Assembly (NCBI GenBank): GCA_963815115.1
Contig: CAWFFN010000009.1
Coordinates: 864,001 to 928,000 of the forward strand
DNA length: 64,000 bases
Source: an uncultured delta proteobacterium
GTDB lineage: Bacteria > Desulfobacterota > Binatia > DP-6
Direction of reading: 5' to 3'
The notes beneath the pieces are model-generated. The model had not been told where the DNA came from. It worked only from the letters and a program-made list of their open reading frames with translations, and made no database searches. Position numbers and translations under genes: made by a program. This document shows positions 43,604-53,009 of the stretch, piece after piece (the first letter of the stretch is position 1; each line of letters opens with the position of its first letter).

Positions 43604-44739
43604 CGCGGGACGCCGAGCATCGCGGGTGTGCTCAGCGCGAGACGCACCAGCTCCGCCTGACGCCCCGTGCCGGTCTTGGCGAGGGCGCGCTTCAGCTGGG
43701 TGCGCGCCGTGTTGACGCTGATGCCGAGCTCGTCCGCGGCGTCCTCCACGCGGCGGCCCTGGACCAGCCACAGGACGAGCGCCGCCTCGGCTTGGGTCAC
43801 GCCGAGGTAGTGCTGCAGGCGTTCGACCGGCGCCTGGGGGGTCAGCTCCGGATCGGTGACGAAGACGATGACCTGCGCGCGTGCGTTCACCTCCGGGACG
43901 ATGGACGCGCGCAGCGGGGCTACCAGGACGTTGAGCGGCCGGCGCGCAGAGGGCCGGGTGATGGTGAGCGTCCCGTCGCCGTCCGATGCGCCGGGGGCCG
44001 TCGGCTCGGTCGCCGCCGCGATCAAGCGCCGGAGCGCGAGGGTTTCGCCGGGGAGCGCCGCGCGCAGGCCGTCGCGATCGGTCCGCAGGCCGTCGCCCGC
44101 GGCCAGCAGGTCCTCGAAGCTCCTGTTGGCGGCCACGAGACGTCCCTGACGGTCGAGCAGGACCACCCCGGTCGGGAACCAGTCCAGCGCCTCGACCACC
44201 TCGTTGCGCCGGGCCTCGGCCCGCGCGAGCTGGCGAGCGAGCAGGAGTCCGCGCGTGAGATGCGGCACCAGACGCCGGAGGAGCTCCCGCTCGTCCGGCC
44301 CGAACGCGGGCGCGCACCGCGGGCGAATCACCCGCAGCACCGCGAAGGCGTCCTCCTGCTTGAGCGGCACCGTACCGAGGAGGTGGAAGTAGCCCTGGGG
44401 ACGAAGGAAATCGTTGTAGAACTCCGACCGGACGAGCTCCTGGTCCGGTACCAGGGAGCTGCCCACGAAGACCTCTCGGGCCGGCAGCGTCCATATCTTG
44501 CGCCGGCGCAGGTCGTGGTCGACGTAGTAGCTGTCGTACGCCGTCCCCCAGGTGGGATCCAGGTCGACGGCCATTGCCAGCGTCGCCGGCCCCGTCGGCC
44601 CGGCGTACACGTAGAGAGCTGGAACGACGCTCCGCAGCGTCCCGGCCAGCGATCCGAGGAACCCCTGCCACCCGCCTCCGGCGGCCGCCTCGTAGAGCTG
44701 GTCCACGAGCGGCAGCAGCTGGGCCATCGGATCACGCAT
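43540..44739 (-). CDS. GAF/PAS-containing LuxR-type helix-turn-helix regulator
   Basis: RSEFYNDFLRP, LVPHL, GVVLLD..G....AN (PAS) and VTQAEA...LGISVNTARTQLKRALAKTGTGRQAELV. Its 3' end overlaps the cyclase by 64 bp. Confidence 0.88.
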   Translation of the reverse strand: MRDPMAQLLPLVDQLYEAAAGGGWQGFLGSLAGTLRSVVPALYVYAGPTGPATLAMAVDLDPTWGTAYDSYYVDHDLRRRKIWTLPAREVFVGSSLVPDQELVRSEFYNDFLRPQGYFHLLGTVPLKQEDAFAVLRVIRPRCAPAFGPDERELLRRLVPHLTRGLLLARQLARAEARRNEVVEALDWFPTGVVLLDRQGRLVAANRSFEDLLAAGDGLRTDRDGLRAALPGETLALRRLIAAATEPTAPGASDGDGTLTITRPSARRPLNVLVAPLRASIVPEVNARAQVIVFVTDPELTPQAPVERLQHYLGVTQAEAALVLWLVQGRRVEDAADELGISVNTARTQLKRALAKTGTGRQAELVRLALSTPAMLGVPRYEQPSASASTAASRPRSRIA

Positions 44740-44760
44740 GGTCGTCGGAAGGTCCGACGG

Positions 44761-44797
44761 CAGTCGTACACCAAATGGATCATGACTGGCCAGATGG
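44761..44797. promoter_or_regulatory. Candidate operator boxes between the LuxR-type gene and a divergent small ORF
   Basis: CCAAATGG (44771-44778) and CCAGATGG (44790-44797), with CAGTC/GACTG arms flanking the first. Confidence 0.4.
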
Positions 44798-44842
44798 GTT
44801 GGCGTACCCCCCCGTTCACCACCCGACAGGAGCCTTGCCGCC

Positions 44843-45085
44843 ATGGAGCTAGAACAACGAGGGATCGTCCTGGATTTCGACGCCCGGCGCCGCGCCTTGC
44901 TGGAGCACCGAAACCCGATGCGGTGCGTCGGCGCGGGTGACGACCGGGAGGTCAACTCTGCCTGGGACGAGCTGATGAAGCTGGTGATCCAGGCCTGGTC
45001 ATGGAGGGATCCGGAGAGCCTCGACGTCCTCGAGAGCGCGCTCGGAAAGCTCAAGCGGCGCATTGCTCACGACTGGTCGTCCTGA
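44843..45085 (+). CDS. Hypothetical 80-aa protein
   Basis: AGGAG RBS, protein-like composition with an amphipathic helix, and it fills the gap between genes. Confidence 0.7.
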   Translation: MELEQRGIVLDFDARRRALLEHRNPMRCVGAGDDREVNSAWDELMKLVIQAWSWRDPESLDVLESALGKLKRRIAHDWSS

Positions 45086-45104
45086 AGCGTCCCCACCGAG
45101 GGGG

Positions 45105-46025
45105 TCAACCGCGACCCGGTGGGGTCCCCCCTCCGCGGCGTTCCTCCAGCTCCTCGAGGGTACGCGGCCAGTCCTCGTGCAGGAGCCTCGATAGCGCGCG
45201 ATCGGCGAGCAGCTTGCCGCCGGTCTGGCACGTCGGGCAATAGTTGGTCTCGTTCTCTGCGTGCATGATGCGCTGCACCAACGTGCCGCAATCCGGGCAC
45301 GGCTTGCGGTAGCGGCCGTGCACGGCCATGTCGTCTCGGAAGGCCGTCACCTTCTCGGGAAAGCCCGTCCCGACCTCGGCCCGGATACGGGCCGCGAACT
45401 CGAGCAGCGTCGAGCGCGTGGCCGCATGGAGCCGCGACATCTCGTCGTCGGTCAGCTGGCTGGTGAGCTTCACCGGTGAGAGGCGCGCGCGGTGCAGGAT
45501 CTCGTCGGAGTACGCGTTGCCGATGCCGCTCAGGATGCGGGGATCGGTGAGCGTGCGTTTCAGCGTGTGCCGCTCCCGCAGCACGGCGGCGCGGAAGCTC
45601 CCGACGTCGGCATCGAGAGGCTCGAGGCCGCCCGCGTCGAGGGCCGCCAGGGCGGCCTCGCCACGGACCAGGTGAAGCGACGCGCGCTTCCTCGAGCTTG
45701 CCTCGGTCAGGAGCAACGTTCCGGACGAGAAGTCGAAGGCGGCCAGGCCGAGCTTCCCCGGAACCTTGGTTCCGGCGGGGCGCCAGCGCAGGCGGCCCGC
45801 GATCATCAGATGGATGGCGAGGAAGCGCTTCCCCTCGAGCTCGATGACGATGCGCTTGCCGAGCCGGCGCAGCCCGACGACACGCGTGCCGAAGATCTCG
45901 GACAGCGGTGGATCGACGGTGCGCAGCAGGAACGGGCTCGCGAGCCGGACGCGCTCCAGCCACTCGCCGGCGATGCGCGATCCGAGGCACTCGATGTACA
46001 CCGAGACGTCGGGCAGCTCGGGCAT
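45105..46025 (-). CDS. Fpg/Nei family DNA glycosylase/AP lyase
   Basis: MPELPDV, RRLGKR, HLMIAG, H2TH SGIGNAYSDEIL and zinc finger CPDC...CPTC. Confidence 0.92.
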   Translation of the reverse strand: MPELPDVSVYIECLGSRIAGEWLERVRLASPFLLRTVDPPLSEIFGTRVVGLRRLGKRIVIELEGKRFLAIHLMIAGRLRWRPAGTKVPGKLGLAAFDFSSGTLLLTEASSRKRASLHLVRGEAALAALDAGGLEPLDADVGSFRAAVLRERHTLKRTLTDPRILSGIGNAYSDEILHRARLSPVKLTSQLTDDEMSRLHAATRSTLLEFAARIRAEVGTGFPEKVTAFRDDMAVHGRYRKPCPDCGTLVQRIMHAENETNYCPTCQTGGKLLADRALSRLLHEDWPRTLEELEERRGGGTPPGRG

Positions 46026-46027
46026 GC

Positions 46028-46798
46028 CTAGCGAGCGGCGACGGCCGGCGCCGGCGGCTCGCCCCGCCAGCGCGCGAGCGTCTCGGCGATGTCGTCCCGC
46101 ACGCGATCGAGCAGCGCGGCGCGGTCCTCTCCCGCGCGTCGCGCGATGGGCGCGGCGATGTGCACGCGCACGCGGATGCCCCAGGGGACGGGCAAGAAGT
46201 TGTGCTGCAGCAGGCGCCAGGACTGGTCGATGGTGACGGGCACCACCGGCGTGCTCGGCGCCTCCTCGAGAAGGGCGAGAGTCCCGGCGGGCTTGAAGCG
46301 ACCGAGCTCGCCGACCCGCGCCCGCGTGCCTTCCGGGAAGATCATCGCCGAGGCGCCGCCCGAGGCCACGTGGCGGCCCAGCGCGCGGATCGCGTCCAGC
46401 GCACCCGGCGCGTCGGAGCGATCGATCAGCACGTGGCCTCCGCGGCGCAGATTGTACGACACGCTCGGGATCCAGCGTCCGAGCGAGCGTTTCGAGATGT
46501 ACTTCGGAAAGTTCGAGAAGAAGAGCGAGCCCAGGATGGCGATGTCGAACATGCTCTGATGGTTCGACACGATGATGTAGGAGCCCCAGGGCTGCACCTC
46601 GGGCGAGCGCTCGACGACGAGGCGCGTGTCGCAGATGCCGAAGGTGCGGACCAGCGTCCACTGCAGCGCGCCTGCGACGTACTCCTGCGGGCGCTGCCCG
46701 AAGAGGCGCGCGATGCGCTGCGCCACGTCGAAGGAGACCATCACCAGGCCGAAGACGGGCAGAAACACGAGCGTGGTCAGCCACGACACGAGCTGCAT
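46028..46798 (-). CDS. Lysophospholipid acyltransferase (PlsC family)
   Basis: NHQSMFD (HxxxxD), IFPEGTR and PVVPVTI. Confidence 0.92.
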   Translation of the reverse strand: MQLVSWLTTLVFLPVFGLVMVSFDVAQRIARLFGQRPQEYVAGALQWTLVRTFGICDTRLVVERSPEVQPWGSYIIVSNHQSMFDIAILGSLFFSNFPKYISKRSLGRWIPSVSYNLRRGGHVLIDRSDAPGALDAIRALGRHVASGGASAMIFPEGTRARVGELGRFKPAGTLALLEEAPSTPVVPVTIDQSWRLLQHNFLPVPWGIRVRVHIAAPIARRAGEDRAALLDRVRDDIAETLARWRGEPPAPAVAAR

Positions 46799-46866
46799 AC
46801 CGGATCGCTATAGGCTGCCGGCGCCCGCGGCTTCAAACGCGCGGACGGCCGCGCTATGAGCGGAGC

Positions 46867-47667
46867 ATGGCCGACGCGCCCATCACGCTCGAGGGCTGGT
46901 ACACGCTGCACGGAATGTACGCCGTGGACTGGGGCCGCTGGAATGCGCTGGCGGTCGCCGAGCGCGACGCCGTCACGCGCGAGGCCGTTGCCGTGCTCGA
47001 GGACCAGGAACGACCGCAGGATGGCCACAGCGCCTGCTATTCGGTGCTGACGCAGAAGGGCGACCTCTGCTTCGTGCACTGGCGCCCCGACCTGGAGGCG
47101 CTGCGCCGCGAGGAGACCGCGCTCGATCGCACGCGCCTGCGCGCCTTCCTGACCCCGACCTACTCGTACCTGGCCGTGATCGAGCTCGGGACCTACGAGC
47201 TCACCGGACACGCCACGGCGATGCTCGGGCGTCGGGGGGTCGAGCCCGACTCGGAGGGCTTCGCCGAGGCGCTGCGCGAGGAGATGCAGAAGCTCGCGCG
47301 CCCGCGGCTCTATCCGGGGATCCCCGCCCAGCGCTACCTCTGCTTCTATCCGATGTCGAAGCGCCGGGGCGAGCAGGTGAACTGGTACGACCTGCCGGCC
47401 GGCGAGCGCGCCGGCTTCATGCGGGGCCACGGCGAGATCGGACGGCGCTACGCGGGGCGCGTCGTGCAGATCATCCAGGGCTCCGTCGGGCTCGACGACT
47501 GGGAGTGGGGCGTCACGCTGTTCGCCGACGATCCCCTCGTCTTCAAGAAGCTCATCTACGAGATGCGCTTCGACCCCGCGAGCTCGCGCTTCGCGCTCTT
47601 CGGACCGTTCTACGTCGGCATCCGGTTTGCCCCGAGCGCGCTGGGCGAGGTGCTGGGGACGTCGTAG
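46867..47667 (+). CDS. chdC: Coproheme decarboxylase/heme-dependent peroxidase (ChdC/HemQ)
   Basis: TLEGWY.LH, SYLAVIEL, CFYPMSKRR, NWY.LP..ER...M..HG, GLDDWEWGVTLF and YEMRFD. Confidence 0.85.
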   Translation: MADAPITLEGWYTLHGMYAVDWGRWNALAVAERDAVTREAVAVLEDQERPQDGHSACYSVLTQKGDLCFVHWRPDLEALRREETALDRTRLRAFLTPTYSYLAVIELGTYELTGHATAMLGRRGVEPDSEGFAEALREEMQKLARPRLYPGIPAQRYLCFYPMSKRRGEQVNWYDLPAGERAGFMRGHGEIGRRYAGRVVQIIQGSVGLDDWEWGVTLFADDPLVFKKLIYEMRFDPASSRFALFGPFYVGIRFAPSALGEVLGTS

Positions 47668-47674
47668 GGCGAGC

Positions 47675-48586
47675 TCACGGCTCTCGAGGCGATCGTCCGG
47701 CGGCACGGTCGCCGTCTGCCGGCGAAGATGCGCCCTGTCCGAGCGCGCGCTGCAGGCGCCCCACCGGTCCGGCGAGGGTGTGCTGGGCAACCAGCCGCGC
47801 CAGCGTACGCGGGTGGGCCGGCCGCCTCGGCAGCGCGAGGCCGAGCCGCGGAAGGGGCACGTCCGCGACCGGCAGCACGACGCGCCGGGCGGCGGCGAGG
47901 TAGTCCCGGGCCGCCTCGAGACGCCGAGCCACCGCCGGCGCGAGGTCCGTCGCCGCCAGGAGCGCGTCGAGCGTGCCGTAGCGCGACACGAGCGTCGCGG
48001 CCGTCTTCTCGCCGATTCCCGGGACACCGGGCAGGCCGTCCGACGGATCGCCGCGCAGGAGCGCGAAGTCGCCGTAGGCGCGACCGGGAATGCCGTAGCG
48101 GCGCCCGACCTCCGCCTCGTCGACGACCAGCAGCGTGCTCACCCCGCGCAGCGGGTAGAGCACCTTCACGTCGGGATCGCGCACCAGCGCGAAGAGGTCA
48201 CGATCGCCGGAAGCGATCTCGATCGGCCCGCGGGCGTGGGCGGCGATCGTGGCGATGACGTCCTCGGCCTCGAAGCCGGCGCCCGCGGCGACGCAGACGC
48301 CGAGCGCCTCGAGCACCTCGCGGCCGAGGGTCTCCTGCGGCGCCACCGGGTCGGGCTCGTCCTCGGGACCGGCCACGCGGTGCGTCTTGTAGGAGGGCAG
48401 GGCGGCAACGCGGAACTCGGGCCGCCAGTCCTCGTCGACGGCGACGGCCAGACCGGAAGGCCGGCGATCGATCACCAGCCGGGCCAGCATGGAGAGGAAG
48501 CCGTACACGCCGTTGGCGGGCACGCTCGTCGGAAGCGAGTGGAAGGCGCGGTAGAGCAGGCTCGAGTAGTCGACCAGGAGCAGCAT
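47675..48586 (-). CDS. Stand-alone 5'-3' exonuclease/flap endonuclease
   Basis: LVDYSSLLYRAFH, YKTHR, FEAEDVIAT, SGDRDL and LRGDPSDGLPGVPGIGEKTA. Confidence 0.92.
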   Translation of the reverse strand: MLLLVDYSSLLYRAFHSLPTSVPANGVYGFLSMLARLVIDRRPSGLAVAVDEDWRPEFRVAALPSYKTHRVAGPEDEPDPVAPQETLGREVLEALGVCVAAGAGFEAEDVIATIAAHARGPIEIASGDRDLFALVRDPDVKVLYPLRGVSTLLVVDEAEVGRRYGIPGRAYGDFALLRGDPSDGLPGVPGIGEKTAATLVSRYGTLDALLAATDLAPAVARRLEAARDYLAAARRVVLPVADVPLPRLGLALPRRPAHPRTLARLVAQHTLAGPVGRLQRALGQGASSPADGDRAAGRSPREP

Positions 48587-48683
48587 GCGACGGCAGCAGA
48601 GCAGCGGCCGGCACCGCGGCGCAAGCCCGCGGGAGGTTCCGTCCTGGTTCCCCGGAGCGCGGTAGGCTAGGGTTCCGGCCTCG

Positions 48684-49898
48684 GTGCCTCCCGATCTGCC
48701 GAGCGCGGTGCCCGCCGGCATTCGCCGCGGAACCACCTACTTCCCCGAGCTCGAGTCGCTGCGCGGGCTCGCCATCGCGCTCGTCTTCGTCTTCCACGCC
48801 GACGCCGCGCTGCTCTTCCCTTTCGGCACCCGGACGGGCTCGGTGGTGCCGTTGCCGCTGGCGTTCGTGTGGGCCGGGCACAGCGGCGTCACGCTCTTCT
48901 TCGTGCTGAGCGCGTTCCTGCTCTCGCTCCCGTTTCTGGACGAAGCCTACGGCGGGCGGGCGGTGTCGTGGCGGCAGTTCTACGCGCGCCGCGCACTGCG
49001 CATCCTGCCACTCTACTGGGCGGCCGTGATCGTGGGGACGATCCTCACCTCGCGAGTGCCCGCCGATCTCTGGCGCGGGCTGCCGTACCTGGCCTTTCTT
49101 CAGTCGAGGCCAAACCTGCCCACCCCGATGCCGCCGTTCAGCGACGTCTGGTGGAGCCTGGCCACCGAGATGCAGTTCTACGCCGTGCTCCCGCTGCTCG
49201 CCCTCGGCTTCGGTCGCTCGCTCGGGGTCACCCTGGCACTCCTCGCCGTCTACGCGGTGGTCTACGCCGCGCTGGCGCTCGGCCTGGCGGTTCCCCACCT
49301 CGAGCCCTGGTTTCGCGCCCAGAGCATCATCGGTCGCGGCCCGCTCTTTCTCTCCGGCATCCTGGCCGCGTGGCTCTATCGCCGCCACGGTGAGGCCCTG
49401 CGCGCACGGCTCGCGGCGACGCGCTGGCTCGCGGCGGGCGGCGCGGACGTGCTCCTGGGCGCCGTGCTGGTCGCGCTCGCGTTCCTCCTGCGGTGGTCGA
49501 CCACCTGGGGCTTCATGGCCCTCGAGCCGACGCGGTGGCACGTCTGGCACGTGCCCGAGGGTGCGCTGTGGACCGCCGTCCTACTGATCCTGCTCCTCGC
49601 ACCGCTGCGGGCGAAGCTGCCGTTCTCGAACCCCATCCTCGCCCGGCTCGGTGTGCTGTCGTACTCGATCTATCTCCTGCACCGGCCGGCCTTCCAGTAC
49701 GGCCTGGATCTGACGCGACGTCTGCTGCCGCACCTCCCGGCCGGCTGGAGTCTGGCCACGACGGGCTGCTTCGTGATCGCGACGGTTCTCTGCGTCGGCC
49801 TCGCGACCGTCACCTATCGCTGGATCGAGCGCCCGTTCCTGATCCGTAAGGCGCGGCTCGATGGCGCGGCGCGCGCGGCGCCGGCGCGGGCCGCGTGA
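48684..49898 (+). CDS. Acyltransferase family 3 (OafA-like) membrane protein
   Basis: LESLRGLA, GVTLFFVLSAFL, FYARRALRILPLY, WSLATEMQFY, SYSIYLLH and YRWIERP. Confidence 0.92.
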   Translation: MPPDLPSAVPAGIRRGTTYFPELESLRGLAIALVFVFHADAALLFPFGTRTGSVVPLPLAFVWAGHSGVTLFFVLSAFLLSLPFLDEAYGGRAVSWRQFYARRALRILPLYWAAVIVGTILTSRVPADLWRGLPYLAFLQSRPNLPTPMPPFSDVWWSLATEMQFYAVLPLLALGFGRSLGVTLALLAVYAVVYAALALGLAVPHLEPWFRAQSIIGRGPLFLSGILAAWLYRRHGEALRARLAATRWLAAGGADVLLGAVLVALAFLLRWSTTWGFMALEPTRWHVWHVPEGALWTAVLLILLLAPLRAKLPFSNPILARLGVLSYSIYLLHRPAFQYGLDLTRRLLPHLPAGWSLATTGCFVIATVLCVGLATVTYRWIERPFLIRKARLDGAARAAPARAA

Positions 49899-49911
49899 AG
49901 CAGCCCGGAGC

Positions 49912-51345
49912 CTACCAGCCCACCTGGGCGCGATAGCGCAGCACGGCGTCGCCGCCGGCCGGCACGGGCACGTCGAAGGCGAGCGTCTGCGCGTCGACCT
50001 TGCGCGACGGCAGACTCGACTCGAGCACCTTCCAGTCGCCGGCGACGTGCTCGCGGACGACGACCGTCACGGCGGCCCGCTTCGCGTTGTGCAGCTTCAC
50101 CTCGTACGCGCTCTCCGCCTGGTAGGGTTCGACCTCGACCTTGCGCCAGTCGGTCTGCGTCCGGGTGACCACGACGTCCGACGCCTGTCCGAGCGCGATC
50201 TCCGCCGTCTCGTCCTTCGCCGTCTGCCGGAGCCAGTCCTCACCCACCAGCTGCCAGGCGCCGGAGGAATCGACCTGGTAGACCCGCACCGTCCCCGCCG
50301 GCAGATCGCGGCCGAGATGGTTGGCCTCCGTGTCGGCGACCGTGAGCACGACCGCGACGGGCACGCGGCGATCGGAATCGCGTATCGGCTGCCGGAACCA
50401 GGAGGGGTCGCTGCCCACCTGGTAGCGCCTCCCCACCGACACGCCCTGCACGCCGAGCAGCGGCAGCTGCTTGGTCTCCTTCTCCGCCAGCGAGGTCCGC
50501 CGGTCGAACGCATAGCGATAGTACTCCGCGAACCCCTCGGGCCGGGGCCCGGACTCGGGGGCCGCGGCGGTGGTCATCGCGCGCTTCACGGCGAGCCCCG
50601 GTGGCGGCGCGGCGCCACCCGCGCGATGCACCTCGCCCGCGATCAGCACGAGCGCGGCGTCGTCGTAGCGCGTCCCGCTGTCGTTCGTGAGCGCGGCCAG
50701 GGCGCTCACGTCGGCCCGGGTCTCATCGGCCTCGAGCACGATCGCATAGTCGGCCGACCACGACAGCCCCGTGATCGCGTACGACGCCTCGACCGTCCGG
50801 CGCGCGGCGCCGGAGTTGGCGACCCGCCAGCGCAGCGTCGGGCGCGTGAACACCTCGTCTGCGGTCGGCGGCAGGAAGAGCCAGCCCGGATGTCCCACCG
50901 CGATGCGGTCGCCGATGCGGTAGACGTTGCCACCCTCGGTGGAGAGGAGGGTCGCGGCCGTGATGCGGGTACGCAGCCGCTGGTCGGTGTCCACCAGCTC
51001 GACTCCGCGCCCCACCCAGCGCTGCACCAGGGCCTGCGGCGAGGCGAGGTCGAAGAGGTAACTCTGCTCGAGCACCGCGAGGGTGCCCTCGTCCTCCGTC
51101 GCGCGCAGGACGACGGAGCGCGGATCGAGCGTCGCCGCCACGTCCTCGAAGCGCACGGTGCTCTCTCCGGTCCCGAGGTCGACGGTGCGTGCCTCGCGCA
51201 CCACCGTCAGATCCTGACCCGAGTAGACGGTGAGCGCGACCGCCGTGCGCGCGTCCCGCCCGACGACCACGTCGGCGGTGGCCGGCCCGGCGAGTCCGGA
51301 CGCCAGGACCGCGACGAACGCGACCGGCAGACGGCGGGAGCGCAC
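49912..51345 (-). CDS. Exported DUF4139/DUF4140-domain protein
   Basis: Signal peptide; VALTVYSG.DLTVVRE, LEQSYLFDL, LSWSADY, LTNDSG..Y and LPAGTVRVY. Confidence 0.82.
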   Translation of the reverse strand: MRSRRLPVAFVAVLASGLAGPATADVVVGRDARTAVALTVYSGQDLTVVREARTVDLGTGESTVRFEDVAATLDPRSVVLRATEDEGTLAVLEQSYLFDLASPQALVQRWVGRGVELVDTDQRLRTRITAATLLSTEGGNVYRIGDRIAVGHPGWLFLPPTADEVFTRPTLRWRVANSGAARRTVEASYAITGLSWSADYAIVLEADETRADVSALAALTNDSGTRYDDAALVLIAGEVHRAGGAAPPPGLAVKRAMTTAAAPESGPRPEGFAEYYRYAFDRRTSLAEKETKQLPLLGVQGVSVGRRYQVGSDPSWFRQPIRDSDRRVPVAVVLTVADTEANHLGRDLPAGTVRVYQVDSSGAWQLVGEDWLRQTAKDETAEIALGQASDVVVTRTQTDWRKVEVEPYQAESAYEVKLHNAKRAAVTVVVREHVAGDWKVLESSLPSRKVDAQTLAFDVPVPAGGDAVLRYRAQVGW

Positions 51346-51401
51346 CAGGGGCGCTCTAGCAGATCTCCCGCGGCGAGTGGCGTGGCCGTCCCGGGCCGAG
51401 A

Positions 51402-52895
51402 TCAGCGCCGCACCACCAGCCCGGCGATGCGCCCGCCACGCGCGCGAGCGCGTTGCCAGTCGTCCTCCGAGACCAGGAAGCGCACCGGCCGTCCGTCGAT
51501 GGTGTCCTCGGGAGAGAAGACGACGAACAGCCCGGCCCAGCCGGGCATGAGGGCCGGGAAGTAGATGCTCGGCCCGAACGGCTTGTTCTCGATCAGCGCC
51601 ACCTCGCCCGGCGGCGTCCGGTCGGCCTGGGCCCTGATGCTCCGGAACACGTCCTCGAGGGCGGCGCGCTGCCGATCCGCCAGATCGATCGGGAACGGGA
51701 AGAGGACCAGCACGGCGAGACGGCCGAGCATCCAGAGACCCGCCGCTCCGGAGACCACGCGGGATGCGACGCTCCCGCGCGCAGCGATCTGGGCGAGCGC
51801 GGCGCACACGACGACGGTCAGGAGAGCCAGCGGGAGGTAGTGGTAGCGCGGAACCATCGCGGCCATCGTGAAGGGCACGTGGCCCGCCGCGTAGACGGCC
51901 GCCCGCCCCGCGGCCACCGCCCCGTAGGCGCTGCCCGCGAGCAGCGCGAGCGCGACGAGCCGGCGACGTCCGGCCGCATCGGCGCTCACCCCCGCGGCCA
52001 GCAGGAGCAGCGTCAGGACGCCCCCGCCCACGAGCTGCATCCAGTCCGGAAAGCGCTGGTTCGCGCCCAGCACGTCGAACAGGAGCGCACCGGCTCCGAA
52101 GCCGGCGAGATGCGCCGAGAGCGCGAGCGCTGCGGGCAGCAGCCCCGGATTGGAGAGCAGCGAGACGCCCGCGCGTGCCTCCGCCGTCATGTCGGGCGAG
52201 CGGACGAGGGCGAGCTGGTAGCCGACGACGGTCAGGAGGGCGCCGAGCACGAGCACGAGCGCACTGCGGCGGGGCAGCCGGTCTCCGGGCAGTGCCAGGA
52301 CGGCGGCGAGCGGGAAGGCGGCGGCGACGCCGAGGCCGGTCCCGAAGGACGTGGAGCCGGCGGCGAGCACGGCCGTCCACGTGAGGGCAAGCCGGGGGGA
52401 GAGCGCCCGCCCGCTGCGCAGGACGCGTCCGAGGCTCCAGAGAACGCCCAGCACGAGCGTGGTCAGGAGCACCTGGCCGTAGACCGAGTACCAGCCCAGC
52501 GTGCCCGCGAGAACGGGACACGTGCCCCACAGGGTGGCGCCGAAGCAGGCGAGGGTCACGCCCCGGGGCCGGACCACCTGTCGGATCACCTGGAAGAGCA
52601 GGACGGTGTTCAGCAGGTGCGTCAGCAGCACCGTCCAGGCGTACCCGCGCGGGTCGGCGCCGAAGGCCTGGAACATCGCCCACAGCGCGGCGTTGTAGAG
52701 GACCAGCAGGTGGCCGCCCCAGACCTGGCCGAGCAGGCTCGACAGGGGCCGCGTGGTGAGGTCGTAGAGATGGAAGAAGTCGTCGCCGCTGAAGTACCCG
52801 CGGCGCAGCGGGGCCCACACCGCGAACGTCGCCAGCAGGGGAACGATCGGCGCGAGGCCCTGTGCCCGCGGGGGCGCCGTGCGCGGGAGCTTCAC
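51402..52895 (-). CDS. Polytopic membrane protein, GT-C glycosyltransferase-like
   Basis: First TM followed by YFSGDDF acidic motif; LLTHLLNTVLL, about 12 TMs, and PRYHYLP. The start is uncertain. Confidence 0.6.
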   Translation of the reverse strand: MKLPRTAPPRAQGLAPIVPLLATFAVWAPLRRGYFSGDDFFHLYDLTTRPLSSLLGQVWGGHLLVLYNAALWAMFQAFGADPRGYAWTVLLTHLLNTVLLFQVIRQVVRPRGVTLACFGATLWGTCPVLAGTLGWYSVYGQVLLTTLVLGVLWSLGRVLRSGRALSPRLALTWTAVLAAGSTSFGTGLGVAAAFPLAAVLALPGDRLPRRSALVLVLGALLTVVGYQLALVRSPDMTAEARAGVSLLSNPGLLPAALALSAHLAGFGAGALLFDVLGANQRFPDWMQLVGGGVLTLLLLAAGVSADAAGRRRLVALALLAGSAYGAVAAGRAAVYAAGHVPFTMAAMVPRYHYLPLALLTVVVCAALAQIAARGSVASRVVSGAAGLWMLGRLAVLVLFPFPIDLADRQRAALEDVFRSIRAQADRTPPGEVALIENKPFGPSIYFPALMPGWAGLFVVFSPEDTIDGRPVRFLVSEDDWQRARARGGRIAGLVVRR

Positions 52896-53009
52896 GGGAG
52901 GATGCGGCCGTCTCGGTAGCACGACGTCGGCGCGGCTTTCAAAGCCGAGCGACCGCCTGGGACCGGCGCGCGTTGCATGCACCGCGGCCCCCCGCTAGAC
53001 CCCGGCTCC

